A model generated the notes under the pieces. The model was not told the origin of the DNA and made no database searches. It saw only the letters and a list, made by a program, of their open reading frames with translations. This document shows, one piece after another, positions 41,301 to 56,300 of a stretch of 64,000 bases of DNA (its first letter is position 1; the number at the start of each line of letters is the position of its first letter). Origin of the DNA: Botryllus schlosseri (taxonomy: Eukaryota); assembly GCA_051294905.1 (NCBI GenBank), contig CM119386.1, positions 13,020,001-13,084,000 on the forward strand, read 5' to 3'. Both the position numbers and the translations under genes were made by a program.

Positions 41301-44300
41301 GCATTTTCTTGATTTTTCGTTTAACCAATAACCTTGTTTGGTTTCATGCATCAAATAACATTTTGAAGACCATTGGTTGAAAAATGTGTGAAATTGATTA
41401 TGCCATATTGTATGGTTTCATTGGCTACCTATGTAGTTCAAGATCCCCACCACTGCGTTGTTGATAATATCCACGTCAGTGTTTCTTCTGATGTGTTAAA
41501 ACTATGTTAAACAAGGTAGCTCAATGCAACATAGTTTGTATCACTGCTAGTATGATATCAAATGAAATTTAGTTCTACAGCAAGGTTTATACTTTTCATC
41601 AAAGAACAGAATGTATCACGGTATTGCCTTGGGTATACATCAGTGGTTTCCAACGTGGGCGATATCGCCCCCAAGTGGGCGATTTTGAGAAACAAGGGAG
41701 AAAATACCAAAGGGGGCGATGGGGGTGCGAAAATATTATAATGACCAGTGAGATCATGGCCAAAAAATGCACTTGAAGATGGTTTATTTTGCATATGACG
41801 CGAAAACCGGTTTTCCGTGCACCTACTCTGTCAATTCAAAAGCGATCAGAGTTAGCTGAATGAATGTCCCGTTTTTTAATACAATATGCAATACATTGGG
41901 TTATAATTTTCATCTGAACAAGCTACACATACAATGTACAATGCGATAAGACACAATGCAATGTAACGAACAGATAGGAGGATGTCGAACGACACGCATC
42001 AGTAGCGATCCTTTATATGTCCTCATTGCCGGATCCATAAACATGGGGGGCGAAAATTTGTGTCGAGCTTGATAAGGGGGCGATGAGTCCAAAAAGGTTG
42101 GGAACCACTGGTATACATGTACATAATCACAAAAAGTTGATCAAAATCCCCCTATCCTTACCTACGTAACTGATATCGTGACGATGGTTACCACTATTAA
42201 GTTGGCGACCGGGGCTACTGACCAATCATGGTCGAAGTCCTTTTAAATTTACAAACAGGAATGTTGACCAATGAATTGTGTATAAAAATAGTATATCTGG
42301 CAGTCACAAGGTAGGATATTGCTACATATATTTCAAACAATATGGCCTTTGTATTCCATTTTTGATATTTATTTGCATGAAATTCCATTGCTGAAAGATC
42401 GCTTTGTGATTGCCTAATTCTTACTATCACTGATAATAATTAGCTTGCATGGCTCTAATATCTCAAGTTTGGTTAGTGGTATGGTGCTGGTTTAACGCAT
42501 GTTTCGGTAGTGATGTTTTATTCTTTCTTTATTGACCTATTCCGCGCAGGAAGAGCAAAGAATATACAGACTTATAAATTTCCTGATAGCAAGCCAGACT
42601 CTGGTAAGTTATGTTGGGGATGTAGATATGAAAGATTGGCTTGCGCTTGTTCAAAATGGGATGAAATACAATTCTTCCTTAATTGGGCCGCAGTGTTTAT
42701 ATATTTTTTTTTTTGCTGGAAATATCGTAACGAACATGCCACGAAATAATTGAACCGATTTCTGTTCCAATAGTATGTAATGGATAGTGAAATCTCATAC
42801 ACCATGATTTAAAATACTGCATCAATGATTCGATACTAACCAATTCAGGGCTTCTATTTTGCATGCCCAAGTGAAAAATCAAGCCAAATCAACTTACTTG
42901 AAACATGAATTTTGTTAGAACATTGATGTATTCCTAGTTTCCTCTTTGATACTCTGTATAATAAGGTTACACCATGGAGATAGCAGTGTGGTTGTGGACT
43001 TGTGCTGAATATCGATCAGGCTGAATTCTTTTAACATTACTGCCTCCAGAGTTAAGCGTGCATCCAGATAAATGATGAACCTATTTCTACTCAATATATT
43101 GTTATCATAAGAAAAGGCCAGCTTACTCTGCCAGAATTACCAGTAACGTATTGGTTATTTCTGGAAATCATGACATACTGTAGCATATCTCTGAGTACAC
43201 TTGAGCATACTTGATGGTCTTATTACATTTATGCGGTTATGATATTCTTAGAAAATCGTAAAACTGCTAAAAGGCATAATCGTGAATAATTTGTATCAGA
43301 CTGTTGGAACCACAATACATTCAGTCATTGATACCTTACTCTGACAGTGTAAGCTAGGTCAGACGATTTTTGAGGATAATCAACCAGTTATCTCAATATC
43401 CCTGGGTTGGATTCAGCTGGTTCGCACGATTATACAGAATTGTCTCATGAAATTTTATGGGGTCAGCGAACCGGTTAGCATTTCTGGTAACTGTCAATCA
43501 CTTTTTCTAGCAGAACCACATTTAAAATTTGAATTTTAGTGATAGAACCAGCTGACAAAATATTGAATCCTACCACGGGAATCAACGTTACAAGATAACA
43601 CATCTGCCAATGATTGAACATATTTTGAATGCGGCACAATCCGGTGACCCAGATAATGCTGATCATTATTGGTCAAGATGGATTTGATTTATGAGATGAT
43701 TTTAAACAGACATTGTGTAAAAACTATGTAAGTTCCATAAAAGGTATCTAGTAGAATTCCTTATTTTTCCATCACGCGATTACCGTATTCTACTACCGTA
43801 TCCCTCTCAAAAGGGATATTGGTTTGTCTATTGAATTCTGTCCACTGTCAGTAGCCGAAGTAACATTCCGTCGACGAATTTGTTAAGAAATATATAGTTT
43901 TCATTTGATCTGTGATGGGTGTAACTCTTGACATTGATATCCATATTTTCTTTGTGGTTTGAAAGTAATATTGCCATATGTGGAAGAAAAGACCAAATAA
44001 GTGAAATTTGTAACTTTTTCTCGACTACGGCGGAAATTAAGCCTTTCGCAATTTTGATCGAAAGCAACTTTTAAGTTTCTTCTACTGGTAACTGTGGTAC
44101 GATGTATTGCAACAGTGTTTTGTGCTCCATACTTTGAATGTTGTGATGCAGACATGCAAGGCTTCGAAGCTCCATTGTTGAAAGGATAGGCTACATGAAT
44201 GAAACTATAATTTTTGTGAATGAAATAAATTTTAGTAGGCACAGGGATGCAAAGATTTGAACTGGCGCCACTTGGCACCAATCATTTCATTCAATATGTG

Positions 44301-47300
44301 CTCCAGTGGTAAAATCATTGTGCCCAACCCGATGTTTTAGAAGCTTTTAGAAGCGGGTGTGCTTTATTTAGTGCCCTTTCCATCGTTATTATCTCGCCCA
44401 CTATGTGAGTATAGCCATCATAGAGTCGACAGATGTGGTAGTTTCGCATGCTGTACTCCAAGTGTTACAAATTCCCTCTGTTAAATTAGTGTGGAGTTAC
44501 CATATGTACTTTGTCAAATTACATCTTGTTCGCTTAATCCTCAAATTGTAATGCATAGTTGCTTGCAACATAGTGCCTTTCTCGCAATCTGTGGTTTCAA
44601 GTTGGAAATTGGGAGGTTGGACTTTTGTAGCTAGTCCTCTTAGGCTCTTACACCGAGACTATTTTTTCAGCTTATGATTCATTTTGGTGACATTTATCTG
44701 GTTACCTGCTTGGCGATTCATGCATTTTCCCCACTAGGTTCTTGAAACAAAATGGAGCAAAACTATAGGAAGAACTGTACTAAAAGGCACATTATGGCAT
44801 GTGTATTTTGGCTTCCCATAAACACAGTCTAAATTGGGGAGGAAATTGTCAAAACTGAATGCAGTCATTCATACAAGTCTATGAACTGTGACCTATTTTC
44901 TTTGAGATGCACCTATATCCGGCTATATGCAGTTGCTGCTTTGCAAGAATAACTATATTGTATGGGTTATAATACTATATGCATGCTGCGTTGCTTTGCA
45001 ATATCAGCAACTAATCCGAAGGTTCTTGTGCATTCGTTGTGTATGTTATGATGTCGTGATCGGATATCGGAATTTATCAATACTTTTCAATCAGACTGTT
45101 ATATCTGTGACATAGATTTTCGGAACAAAGCAAAATCTCTTGTTGCAACTGAAGGTTCATGTCTGCTTTTGAATTTCAACCATGGCAGTTTGGTCTGTAA
45201 TGATACCCCGGTACAAGTCGGTAATTGGATATGTTTTTTGCAATATTATCCTGTCTGGTGTTGTGTTGACGTTAAGGTGTGTGGTGTTCAGTAGGGATGG
45301 TGTGAACGTGAGGTTCACGTTCGCGTTCTGTGTGTGAACCTCGGAAAATTAGAGGTTCGCGTTCACAACAGAACCTTGGTAGGTTCTGCACTGTGAACCT
45401 TTTTAATAAAGTGTAATTTGCACTTCATTATAAGATCATTGGTTCAAATATATTGCATTTCAACTGCGGGTCACTCTATGCATGGCGCTGGCAGCATAAA
45501 AAATCAACGCTAACGAGCATGCACCTTGACAACCTAAAAGTTTTACTTGCTTTTTTGTTACAAAAATTTTCACGAAATATCCAGCTTTCCTTTTGTGAAT
45601 ATTTAATGACTCTCCGCTGTGCGCTTGACCCGCAATCACACAACATCACGAGCGATTTACGTAGTCAGCGAATGATGCTTATTCAACCAATCAATGACAT
45701 TGATATCGTTTTCTGATGTAAAAAAATCGAGCGGGCGTACGGGATCAATCTTGACTTCATATCTTTACTGTATCATTAAAACCAAATTCGCGCGATTAAG
45801 GTGCTGGCTACTGCTATAGGCCTATAACCTGTTGTTTATGGTATCGGTAGCGAGTATAGAAACCCGTTTTACACTCTGCTCAATATAAATGTAGCAATAC
45901 TCAGACTACGAACACATTGTCCGGTCTGGCTAAGACCGTTAAGGCGTAAGCTTATATTCCCTGGTAAGTCCTCGTCGAAATTGTTGGCGAAGCGACGGAA
46001 TGTATTGATTTTATGAGATTATTATATAATTTGATAACCGCGGTTGATACATTTAGCAACGTTTAAAACGCCAATATGTACTTCAGCAAGGTGACATTAT
46101 GTGGCCCGAGTCTTCGCTAGGTATCGTGTACATTAATATAGGCTATCACTTCATTGAAAGATAGGGTTGGAATTAGCAATATGACGTCACGAGGTTCACG
46201 TTCGTGTTCACACAGAACCTTTCAAAAAGGTTCGCGTTCACACGAACCCGAACCTTTCAGAGGTTCACACCATCCCTAGTGTTCAGTATGTGTGAGGATT
46301 TGATTATTGAATATAATGCTTGCCAGTTGGTACAAATCCTGATACGGTAGTCAAGTAACAGATGCCAAAAATGGATATGAAAATATTTGTATTTTGGAGA
46401 ACCATCATAAACCTTTTCCATAATAAGGTTTCTGGTATCAGTGCAATTTATAACAGATGTGCGTGATCTGTTTGTCTTTCCTGACACTCATTGATTAAAC
46501 TGATTTGAATTTACTTTGCAAGCGATTTTTCAATTGGTCAGTCTGATCTGAAATTTGTTTGATGTAAATAAACCAGTCATCTGGTTTCACCTATGATATG
46601 GTTTATATATAATATGATAAAATTATGCGTTTTTCAAATCTGCCTTTTTCGTGAGTTCCATTTGGTTTGGATATTCTCCCCTATAACATATGGTAGTTCT
46701 GTAGAAAACAATACGAACTAGCAGTAATACACCAACTAGTGCCTTGTAAATTTTGAAGAGCCTGACTAAAAATGGAATTGATGATAATTCAGATCTTTCA
46801 TCACTTCCAATCATTGACATTCATACTCCTACCTTTTTCGTAGAGCACATCAAGGAAATTTAATCGATCGATCTATTAGAGTTACTAGTATTAAGTAGGG
46901 CTGGGCACAATGATTCGAGTACTCGAATCTGAATCGAGTATTAATTTTAATGATTCGAGTCGAGTGGTAAAAGACGATTTTTTCGAGTACTGATATTATA
47001 CGCTCCTCACCACTGAAAGTTGATTTATCAACGAGGAGTTTATCAACGATCAACGAGTTTATGCTAATTTCACTGTTGAAGCCTTGAAACCTTGATTGGC
47101 CGTATCGTAGCATACGAAACATGAAGTACAAAGCTACGAACGTTACTGGAAATAGCACATCTACGAAGTCATGATCATCCCACAATATTGTCACCAAGTG
47201 CAATGAAATCGGTATGGTCGAAAAAATAACAAAGTATCCTTAATATTATGGATAACAGGCAATATATTCTTTGTGGTCGCTTAAAAGGTACATATTTGAA

Positions 47301-50300
47301 CTTTGACAAATAATATTATGCTATGGCGTCATAATGAGTGATACTCGATTACTCGACTCGACTCGAAGCATTTTACGTGATTCAGAATCGAATCACTCAG
47401 GTACTCGATTTTGCCCAGCCCTAGTATTAAGCCAGCAGGTGCTTAGCGACAATAACTTTACCCAGCGCTGTAACACGAAATTAAGTTGAAAGATACCTGT
47501 TTTTCAAACTTCTTTTGATTTATTAATGAGACACTTGGATCGGGAACATGCACTCAGAGATATTAATGAATTATTGATGTCCCGTTATCTTTAGAAGTAC
47601 AAAAACTTATTGTCTGAAATGGCACAGCGTCACATTTTTTCATAGTATCCCATTTCTTTTGCATCATTGAACCAACGGGTAACGTAGTTCTACAAACTGG
47701 GAGCAGTAATATTGCAAGCATAAGAATATCGCTGCGTTTTGTGCCTACGTATCTACTTAGTTGTAATCAGGATTTTACGATCAACCACATGCAAAAATTA
47801 TACCCTCAATCCGCCGTGAACGGATTTCATCCGTATTATCATAATGTTTTCAGATATGCATTTGATCACTGTCTGTGTAACTTACAAAGTCGAAACATGC
47901 ATGTGAATGCTAATACATCCTGCGAATACTGTTGCATGCTACGAATGTGTCTGATTATCCTCCATTGTGATTTCTTTCAATTCGGTGACATTTCGATATG
48001 TTGTGTGTGTTCATTGGTAAAAAATAAACATTTTGCAATGACAGCAGTCGAAATGTTGCCGCCTCCATACGAAGCAACATCCGGTAAGGATTCAATGCAA
48101 TCTGGCAATCCGGAGTCTTCGAGACGCAGGTGATTTGGATTAGAGATTGAAGTATACGAGACTTCACTGTATAAATCAGTGATTCCCAAACTGTGTTCTA
48201 TAACTACTTCAATAGCTCATAACAACATATGACTAACATATTACGGCACTGTCGACAGGGAAAGGTAATTGCTACGTCATATTTAGGCTGCTAGATTAGA
48301 ATCAACTCGTGAACAAGGAATCATTCCGCAAATCATGGCGGCATTGTCCCACTTGTACTCCAGCATTATATCCCAGAATTTGCGGCTCAACAACTTTAGA
48401 CGGGTAGCGAAATCATTTGGAAGCAATGAATCAAACACTCGTTATGCAGAAAACGAATACTGTTTCATTGATTTGCGGATCAAACGATTTTCTCAAACGA
48501 CTTTTCCACAAAAAAATGGACCCGTTTTGACAGTCTGCTTCCAAATGCTATTCTATATAATCGATGCAAAAGCAATAATAATCATATTGGTCATTCCCAT
48601 ACATTTGAACATGTATTTCCTGTTTTGACAAAAATTAAAAGCTGCAAACGAGCGAAATTACCTCGAATTTAACACGAAATATGAGTAGCCTATGCGTCTC
48701 AATATTGCAACTTCGTTTCATCAGTATATGCTCAATGTTCGTTTAAAGAAGCACACTCATTAAAGCGTGAAAATAATTTTTAGACTTTTTTCCGCTTGTA
48801 AGTGCGCCGCGAGTGTCATATCATTTTTCTGGCGCGCCACAAGTTGAAAGATTTTGGGAACCATTGGCCTAAATAGTTGTGTATGCCAGGCATTAAAGCT
48901 GTGACGTATATCATTACATTTCAGTTTGATAGTATTGATTGGCCGAATTTTCGACGTGAGGTTATATTTCAGTGCTCCGGCAACTACAACAGTAATATCC
49001 TCAGTCGCGACCGCACCCAATTCGCAAGACGTGGATTCCGCGATGAAATATGACAGCACGGGAATGTTTCACTGGTGCCCATCTCGAGACCTTAGAAAGT
49101 GTATTTTGGTGAGGATTTCATTCCTTTTTTATTAAATCCATCGGGGTTTAAAATCATCGCAATGTTGCTGCTATCATTGAGATTATTGAAGATGTATACC
49201 GCAATTTTTCGTGACGTTTTATCACAAGAATGATCAAATACCTCGCATATCTTACAGAGCCTCGTACTCGTTTCGTATTTACTAACGCTGGTGAAACATA
49301 TCTTGATGGTGTTCGAAATTGCTGTTGACATCCTTGTTTAAATAGCATTCGAATGTGCACGCCTACTGATATCAATGTAAGGCTTACAGCGGTTTCCAAC
49401 TGGTTGTATTCGGTTTACCCTCACGCTTCACTGCCATGACTGCACTAATTCACAGTGGGTGTGTAATTGGCGCCCCACGGATGCATTTATGATTCGTTTT
49501 CGAGCCTTGGCTAGTCTTGGAGCTGGCAATCATTTATATAGACTAGAAGAGTCTCTGAGGTATCGCGGTGACACTAGCATCTTCATTTTTGGGACGCAAG
49601 AACACAAAAACATACTATGGAAAGAGTGAAAAACATTTGAATATTTCAGCCTCCTGTAACTGTTTTGATTCGATACAATCACCAGAGGCAATAGCATAGT
49701 GAGCTTTAATTTGGAATGTCTCGGTCATGGCTATGCTGGTTGTACTGAGTGGACACGTCTGATTTAACAATAGCTCTCTTAGGCCTGGTGTACAAGACCT
49801 TAGTAGTCAAGCACCATAAACCCCTTATACATTCATACATGCTTTCAACATGATTGATTGGGAACCGGCGTGGACCATGTCATAATGTCCCATTTCAAGG
49901 TATAATGTGAACCGATAAATTTCTCAGATTTTTGTCAAAAGAAAACTGGACATTCTCACTGCCTGCGGCAGATCAATATCCAGACGAAATTACATCCCCG
50001 CATTTTGTATTCAGAGCAGGGAACGGGCGTCGCACATCACTCTACGGCGTCACATTATAGCGTGCATTTTCGGCGATGCGAAAAGTCCTTTGCTCGGGTT
50101 GCGAAATTTTATCATGCCGCTGAGGGCATCCAACTTCCACTATCACGAGCTCAGGCCCATTGTGCTGCTCGGCGATTTGGACTTCATCAAACGAGAATGG
50201 GACACCATTTGCAACTTTCCAAAAGTGGATATTTTGCCTGTAAGTCTGTCTGGTTTCACACTGTTATGACACTGCAGCTTGCGAATTAACGGACTCCTAT

Positions 50301-53300
50301 CGTAACAGAAAATAATACCATCCGTATTTGCTTTATTTTATCCGGTTTGAGTAAATATTAGTTGTTTCGGTATTGTCCGAATCTTTTCTCTATGTCGCTA
50401 TTGCGATCTTTGCCATGTGGTGAAAGTCATTTGCACTGGGTCCGGTAGGTGGCGCGATAGCCTTTGTTGTATGATCCACAGCTACAACACCAATGGGTTG
50501 TGGGTTCGAGTCCGACCGAGGTCGACTTCAGAATTCCTACCTAAGTGTTGGGGGTTTATCTAGGCTCCTCCTCGCCATCTCATCAGCGCAACCGGTGTCT
50601 TACAAAAGCCTAGAAGTGTAATGTGATCGACCATAGTCGACCATAGTCGACCATGTAGTCGACAAACTACATGAATACTACAAACAACATTTCCACGTTA
50701 AAAAATTCTCATCCATGTTGTGCGGGATGTATTGTCCTATGGCAACGTGGCATATCTCGCAGGCTCTACAATGCCGATGTGTAAAGACTGTATAAGCTGA
50801 TTGCGTAGATATGCCTTGTAGATGTATGGAAGAATAAACCTGGTGTTTTAAGTGGCAGACGATTTTGTTGTTCACGGTGTTACAGATGTTTCTCTTATTC
50901 AAAGGCCATATGTGCTCGAAATATTTTATCGTAACCAAAAAAATCATGTGTTCCAACACTATTTTCGCCACTATACCTAATTAGACTCGATTGCTAGTTT
51001 GATCACGTTCGGCTATTTGCTCTACAGGGATCACCGCTGAGTCGCGCCGACTTGCGTGCTGTCAATGTCAATACGTCGGACATGTGCGTGATCTTGTCGA
51101 CCAATCAGAGCGCGGTTGAAGACCCGTCGTTGCAAGACAAGGAATCCATTCTGGCGTCACTAAACATCAAATCGATGCGTTTCGACGACAGCGTCAGCAT
51201 ACTCCAAGCCAGCTCGAGAGGTAGGATATTGTTTCCGTAGTCTTTCACAAATTTCACAACTTGATCAATATTAGATTACCGACATTGCGCTCTAGAATTA
51301 TCTAATTGTCCAAGTACACCTCGATAATATTTTTCAATGCCGGATTCATCTGTTTTCGTTAAATTTAACCTACATCTGCTGCATGCACTTCGGCTGTATG
51401 TGTGAGTGCGGTTAGGTGTCACATCCATGGTTTCTGAAGTATATTTTTTACTTAACCTCAACGTTTGCATAAAGGTTTTCAAGGACACGATACCTCTGGT
51501 AGTATTCAGGACGACACAGACGAAAACCCTGTGGTGACAAGCGGTGCAAATATACCTATGATCACTGAATTGGGTGAGTTGCGTTTATAGGGAGATTCAT
51601 AGAGAAAGGGAGAGTGTAATTTGATGGTAACATTGCATGAAAAAGTCAGCCAGAATTACATTCGGGCAAGTGGTCATCAATGAATCGCAAAAGCGTAAAT
51701 AATCCTAATATCTAAACATATATTCCTTGAAAAATGGTGCATTGAGCTTAAGCCATCTATCTATGATTATATTCGAATTGTCATGCCGATTGTTATTGTA
51801 CAACGATGTTTTCAATTGTCTACTACAGTGGTCTTCAACGTTTTTCGACGTGGTACACCCTTTTAACGTTTGCTCAAAACTCGTACACCCCTGTTCATTA
51901 GGGGTCTTCAAAAATGACTATTTTTCTCAAATCGTACTGGTCACTTGATAAAATTGTTAGGTCACCTACCTTAAGCCTACACACCAAATTTGGTTCAATT
52001 CCAACTAGTAGCTGCCTTGCTACGGGAGAAGAAAGTTTCTATTTATTATACAAAAATAAATAACGAAAAATTTGAAATTTTTCTGTTCACCCCATGAAAG
52101 TATAAGGTTGTCCAAAAAAACTATGTTCTTCAAATTTGGTTCAATTCCGACTAGTAGAAGCGGAGCTATTGCCGTCAAAAAATTTGGATTTGAATAAAAT
52201 AGTATTTGGTCACAGAGTCTATTCGCAGCCAGTTAGGCAGCCCGCCACGCGAATTGGAATTTATTTCGTGTCAGAGCAAAAACAGCATGGCGTTACGAAC
52301 GATAATCAACCTAAATGTAACAGTATTGGGGAGAGAGTAGGTAAAGCTACTGCTGCAGAAGCGGTAATTCAGAACAGCGATGATAGCAGGCGCACCAGCC
52401 TACTGCGTATCAGGCCTGCCCCGCACCACACACAGTCGATGGCAGCACATGGGCTGCAAGAGATGTCAGTAACTTCAGATCGTATGCCGCTATACACAGT
52501 CTATTGTCGCTAATTTACATCACTAATAACAAAATACTAAATTGGAAATGTATGGCGAAAGATTGGACGTACAATCGGCATTTTAAAACAAAAGGGTTTG
52601 GATTTCAACATGGAAGCTGTTTCGACCTTGGCTGGCTACGTCACTTCATTTATGTGCATTGCGGTATTTATTAACGTCGGGTAGGAAGTACAGATTCAAA
52701 AAGTCTGAGCTATCGCGGCGGTTTCCTCAAAAATCACTAAATTACAAATGACTAGCTGAACACATGACGAAAATATAAATTTTATTCCGCTCGTGGCCCT
52801 AGAACTCCCACAATCAGCCTCGAATTTTTCATTGTTTTGGAGATTGGCATTGGGACGCAACAATGCTGTCTGGCGAAGCGAGAGAGTAGCTCACGAGAAA
52901 AAGGGCCAGACAGCATTGTTCAGCATTGTTGCGTCCCAATACCAATCTCCATAACAATGAAAAATTCGAGGCTGATTGTGGGAGTTCCAGGGTCACGAGC
53001 GGAATAAAATTTATATTTTCGTAATCAGTGCAGAGTCAGCTTTCGATTGATACCTGTTTTACCAAATTTAATGCTCGGCAAGCCCGTCAAAAATGACCGT
53101 CAAATTGCCTGTAGCCAAATGGAAATTGTGACGTGATACAATTTCACTGATGCGTGAGATTTGCTTGTGTCGACACCATATAGGACACTATGGTATTACA
53201 CTTGAGATAACATTGTACCATATTGCTCATTAACCTGTGCGTCAACCTGTACTGACCTATAAACCTGCCTTTGTGATAGCTAGCCATCGGCTCATTGTTA

Positions 53301-56300
53301 CTCGGATCTGGTACACCCCTGTACACCCCCCGAGTGGTACACCCTTTCCAAATTCTGGTACACCCTGGGGTGTACGACAACCCCGGTTGAAGAGCACTGG
53401 TCTACTAGTCAGCCGAAACTATTCGGGTTTATTTCAATATGAATGTACTATTCAATTCAATCAATTGTATATCGAAGTTCTGTGCCTCCGAGAGTGTCTT
53501 CAAATATTCCTTATGGATTCGTTTGTCTTGGGTGTACATTCACACCCGTATATCAAGGGTGGTACACGGGTGGAAATACACACTGTTTTCGCTAAGAGTA
53601 TGTGGTGCTTATAACAATGCTGGTCAGAGAAGCCAGCGTTGGTGCTCTCGTATAAAAATAGAAGTAAATTCCCACGCCAATACAAATCGAGATAGTGATT
53701 TACAAGACGTGTCCAACTTTCTTCTTTGCCAAATTGAAACTGTAAGTAGTTTTGCTTTAAAATCTGTAGAAGTGAATGTAATCTAAACGCATAACTACTT
53801 GTGTTAGGATTGGAAATATAGGCAAAAGCTACGCGACTATTTCGAACAAGTGTAAGTACTCCGTTACCGTCCAGCTCTAAGGATACCGTAGCCACTTTGC
53901 ATCGAAGGTCAAGTCAAAACATCCCAACCAACCTACATCAATCTTAACCGAGGTCGACTCCGGAATTATTGCGTAAGTGTTGGAGGTTTATCTAGGCTCC
54001 TCCTCGCCATCTCTTCCGCGTAAGCGGTGTCTTATAAAAGCCTTGAAGTAGGCCGTGCTACAAGTCGGCAGTTACGGAGTAGTAGTTGACAAACGCCATG
54101 AATACCACAAACATAGAAACATCAATCTCAAGATATCGATGATGAAGTCAACTCCGCGAATAAGGAGAATCAATTCCGGCCGATATCTTTCACAGTGAAC
54201 GACACCAACGTGCAGTTCCTCGACCAGGACGACGACGACGACCCAGACACGGAATTGTACCTCACCCAGCCGTTCGCGTGCGGCACCGCGTTCGCCATCA
54301 GCGTATTAGACTCTCTCGTCAGCGCGGTAACACCTTCCTATCTTTTCATCGTATCGCAGTCTTGTGGTGTTTTGAAATGATGAGATTACTAGTAAACTGA
54401 CACTGATACTGATACTTCGTTTCAGACTTACTTCAACAGCAACGCGCTCACTCTGATAAGGACGCTCATAACCGGAGGCGCTACGCCGGAACTGGAAGCC
54501 ATACTAGCGGAAGGCAACGCGTTACGCGGGGGCTATTCGACGGCTGAGACGCTGTCGAGCCGAGACAGATGCAGGGTCACGCATCTGGGACTTCACGACG
54601 GGGATTTCGCCGGATTCGGGGTATTTTTCCCTGTATAGTAACCGGAGATGGTCCAAATAGTCAGCGTTGGTACTCGACTAGAAGGCAGGCTCGGAGAACT
54701 AGATAATTCTAGTTGTTTAATTAAACCAATTAGGAAAATATCGGTTATCTAATTCCAGTGTAATTAGAAGTGTTTCTATGCTCTAATTTTAATTGTTATC
54801 TAATTTTTACTTTTCCTAAAAATGCTACAGGAAAACTGTATAGTGCAAGTATATTTGCCACTTCCATGCTTATGATAATGAATTCTGATTCGATATGAAC
54901 TTCACTTTCGTTGTAGTTCTTGTTAATTCGGAATTTAATTTAATTTCGACATTAGTAAATAGTGCAATTACGCGAGCCGTACTTGAGCACAACGAAGAAG
55001 TCACGGCGGTACCGCGTTACTTTCATTACAACATCCATCGCGGCAATACAATTATTAAACTCGAGAAGTCTCGAAGTCTTCGTGTTTAATAATTGCACTA
55101 CTTCGATGGATGTTGTAATGAAAGCAATCTTAAGTCCTGTACCACGAACCAACTATTTAAGTATAATCTCGCGTGCGGTTTTGAATTCTCCTATTTCGAT
55201 TTCAGAACGGTGGAAATTACGGCGATCTCTTCGTACAAGCCCTGAACAAGTACAACATTCTCTGCTTCGGTATTTACAGGTAAAGAAAACGTCTACAGTC
55301 GTTTTATGTATTCCCTCGTTTATCTCCATCCAGTGTGCACGCCCCTTCTTTACATCGCCTAGGCCAGTGGCCCCCGACCTTTTTGGATATCGGAGCCGCA
55401 TTTTACACTTCAGAGTACGTGTGGAGCCGCATGAAACACTCGACTAGGCTACTTAGAACGAAAATAATTTATAGGTAGCTATAGCTCAGCTCTCACCATC
55501 CAGCTAATTCAAAAGCTTGCACAATTGCACAGCACATAGACTTCTATAGATTCTATAGCGGTTATTTTAGCATTGATAGACGCAGATTGGCGAGTGCTAA
55601 ACATTGGAATAGTCTGGAAATGCATATCATTACTACAACGTACTATTCGTTTTGTGATAGCTCTTCTTAAATTCCAGCACTTGATGCACAAGTTGTCGGG
55701 GTATTATACGCTGAGTAATATTGGACTTATTGCAATTTATACTTGACTATGAGCCGTTATGTGGATGTTAGTAAAATTGTGTCGGAATTTACTCTTCACA
55801 GAGACGATATATAAAGGTCTATGACCAGCAGAACACAACAGATATCCTCGTCTGACGGGTATTCATCCAGCGTGCGTTTGACGCCAGCCTGCAAGAATTC
55901 TCTTACCCGGTTTTTCACAAGCGGCCTTGGACGGCTTCAGACAGAACTAATATCCCTTTATTTTAGCATTCATATACAATACGATTTATCAACGAAAAAC
56001 TCACATAACTCCGCTTCTACTGGTCAGAATTGACTCAAATTTGTTTTGCAACGTCTTTGAAGACAGCTCAACAATTTCATGGGGTTGGCAGAAAAATTTG
56101 AATTTTTTTTTTAATTTTCCATTATAAATTAAAAATTTTAATTGGATCTGCGGAGTCCTATACTTGTTAGAATTGAACCAAATTTGGTGTGCAGCGTTTT
56201 TTAGGGTAACCTGACAATTTAATCAGTGAATGGCTGGAATCCGAAAAAAAAAGTTAATTTTGAACAGCCCTAATATACATTAGGGCTCTTCAAAAATGAC

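Larger units (their letters stand above)
51826..53399. mobile_element. Non-autonomous hAT element (1574 bp) with nested cargo
   Basis: TIR CAGTGGTCTTCAAC / GTTGAAGAGCACTG, subterminal GGTACACCC repeats, perfect TSD GTCTACTA. Confidence 0.9.

Noticed and set aside
47741-48040. Cys-rich ORF upstream of exon 18 as a STREX homologue
   Set aside because: No STREX similarity. The TTTTCAG acceptor at ~47853 hits a stop in phase 1 and has no symmetric donor.
54962-55447. 161-aa ORF; likewise 59255-59716 and 61696-62106
   Set aside because: No recognisable domain; they overlap a real exon in another frame or repeat sequence.
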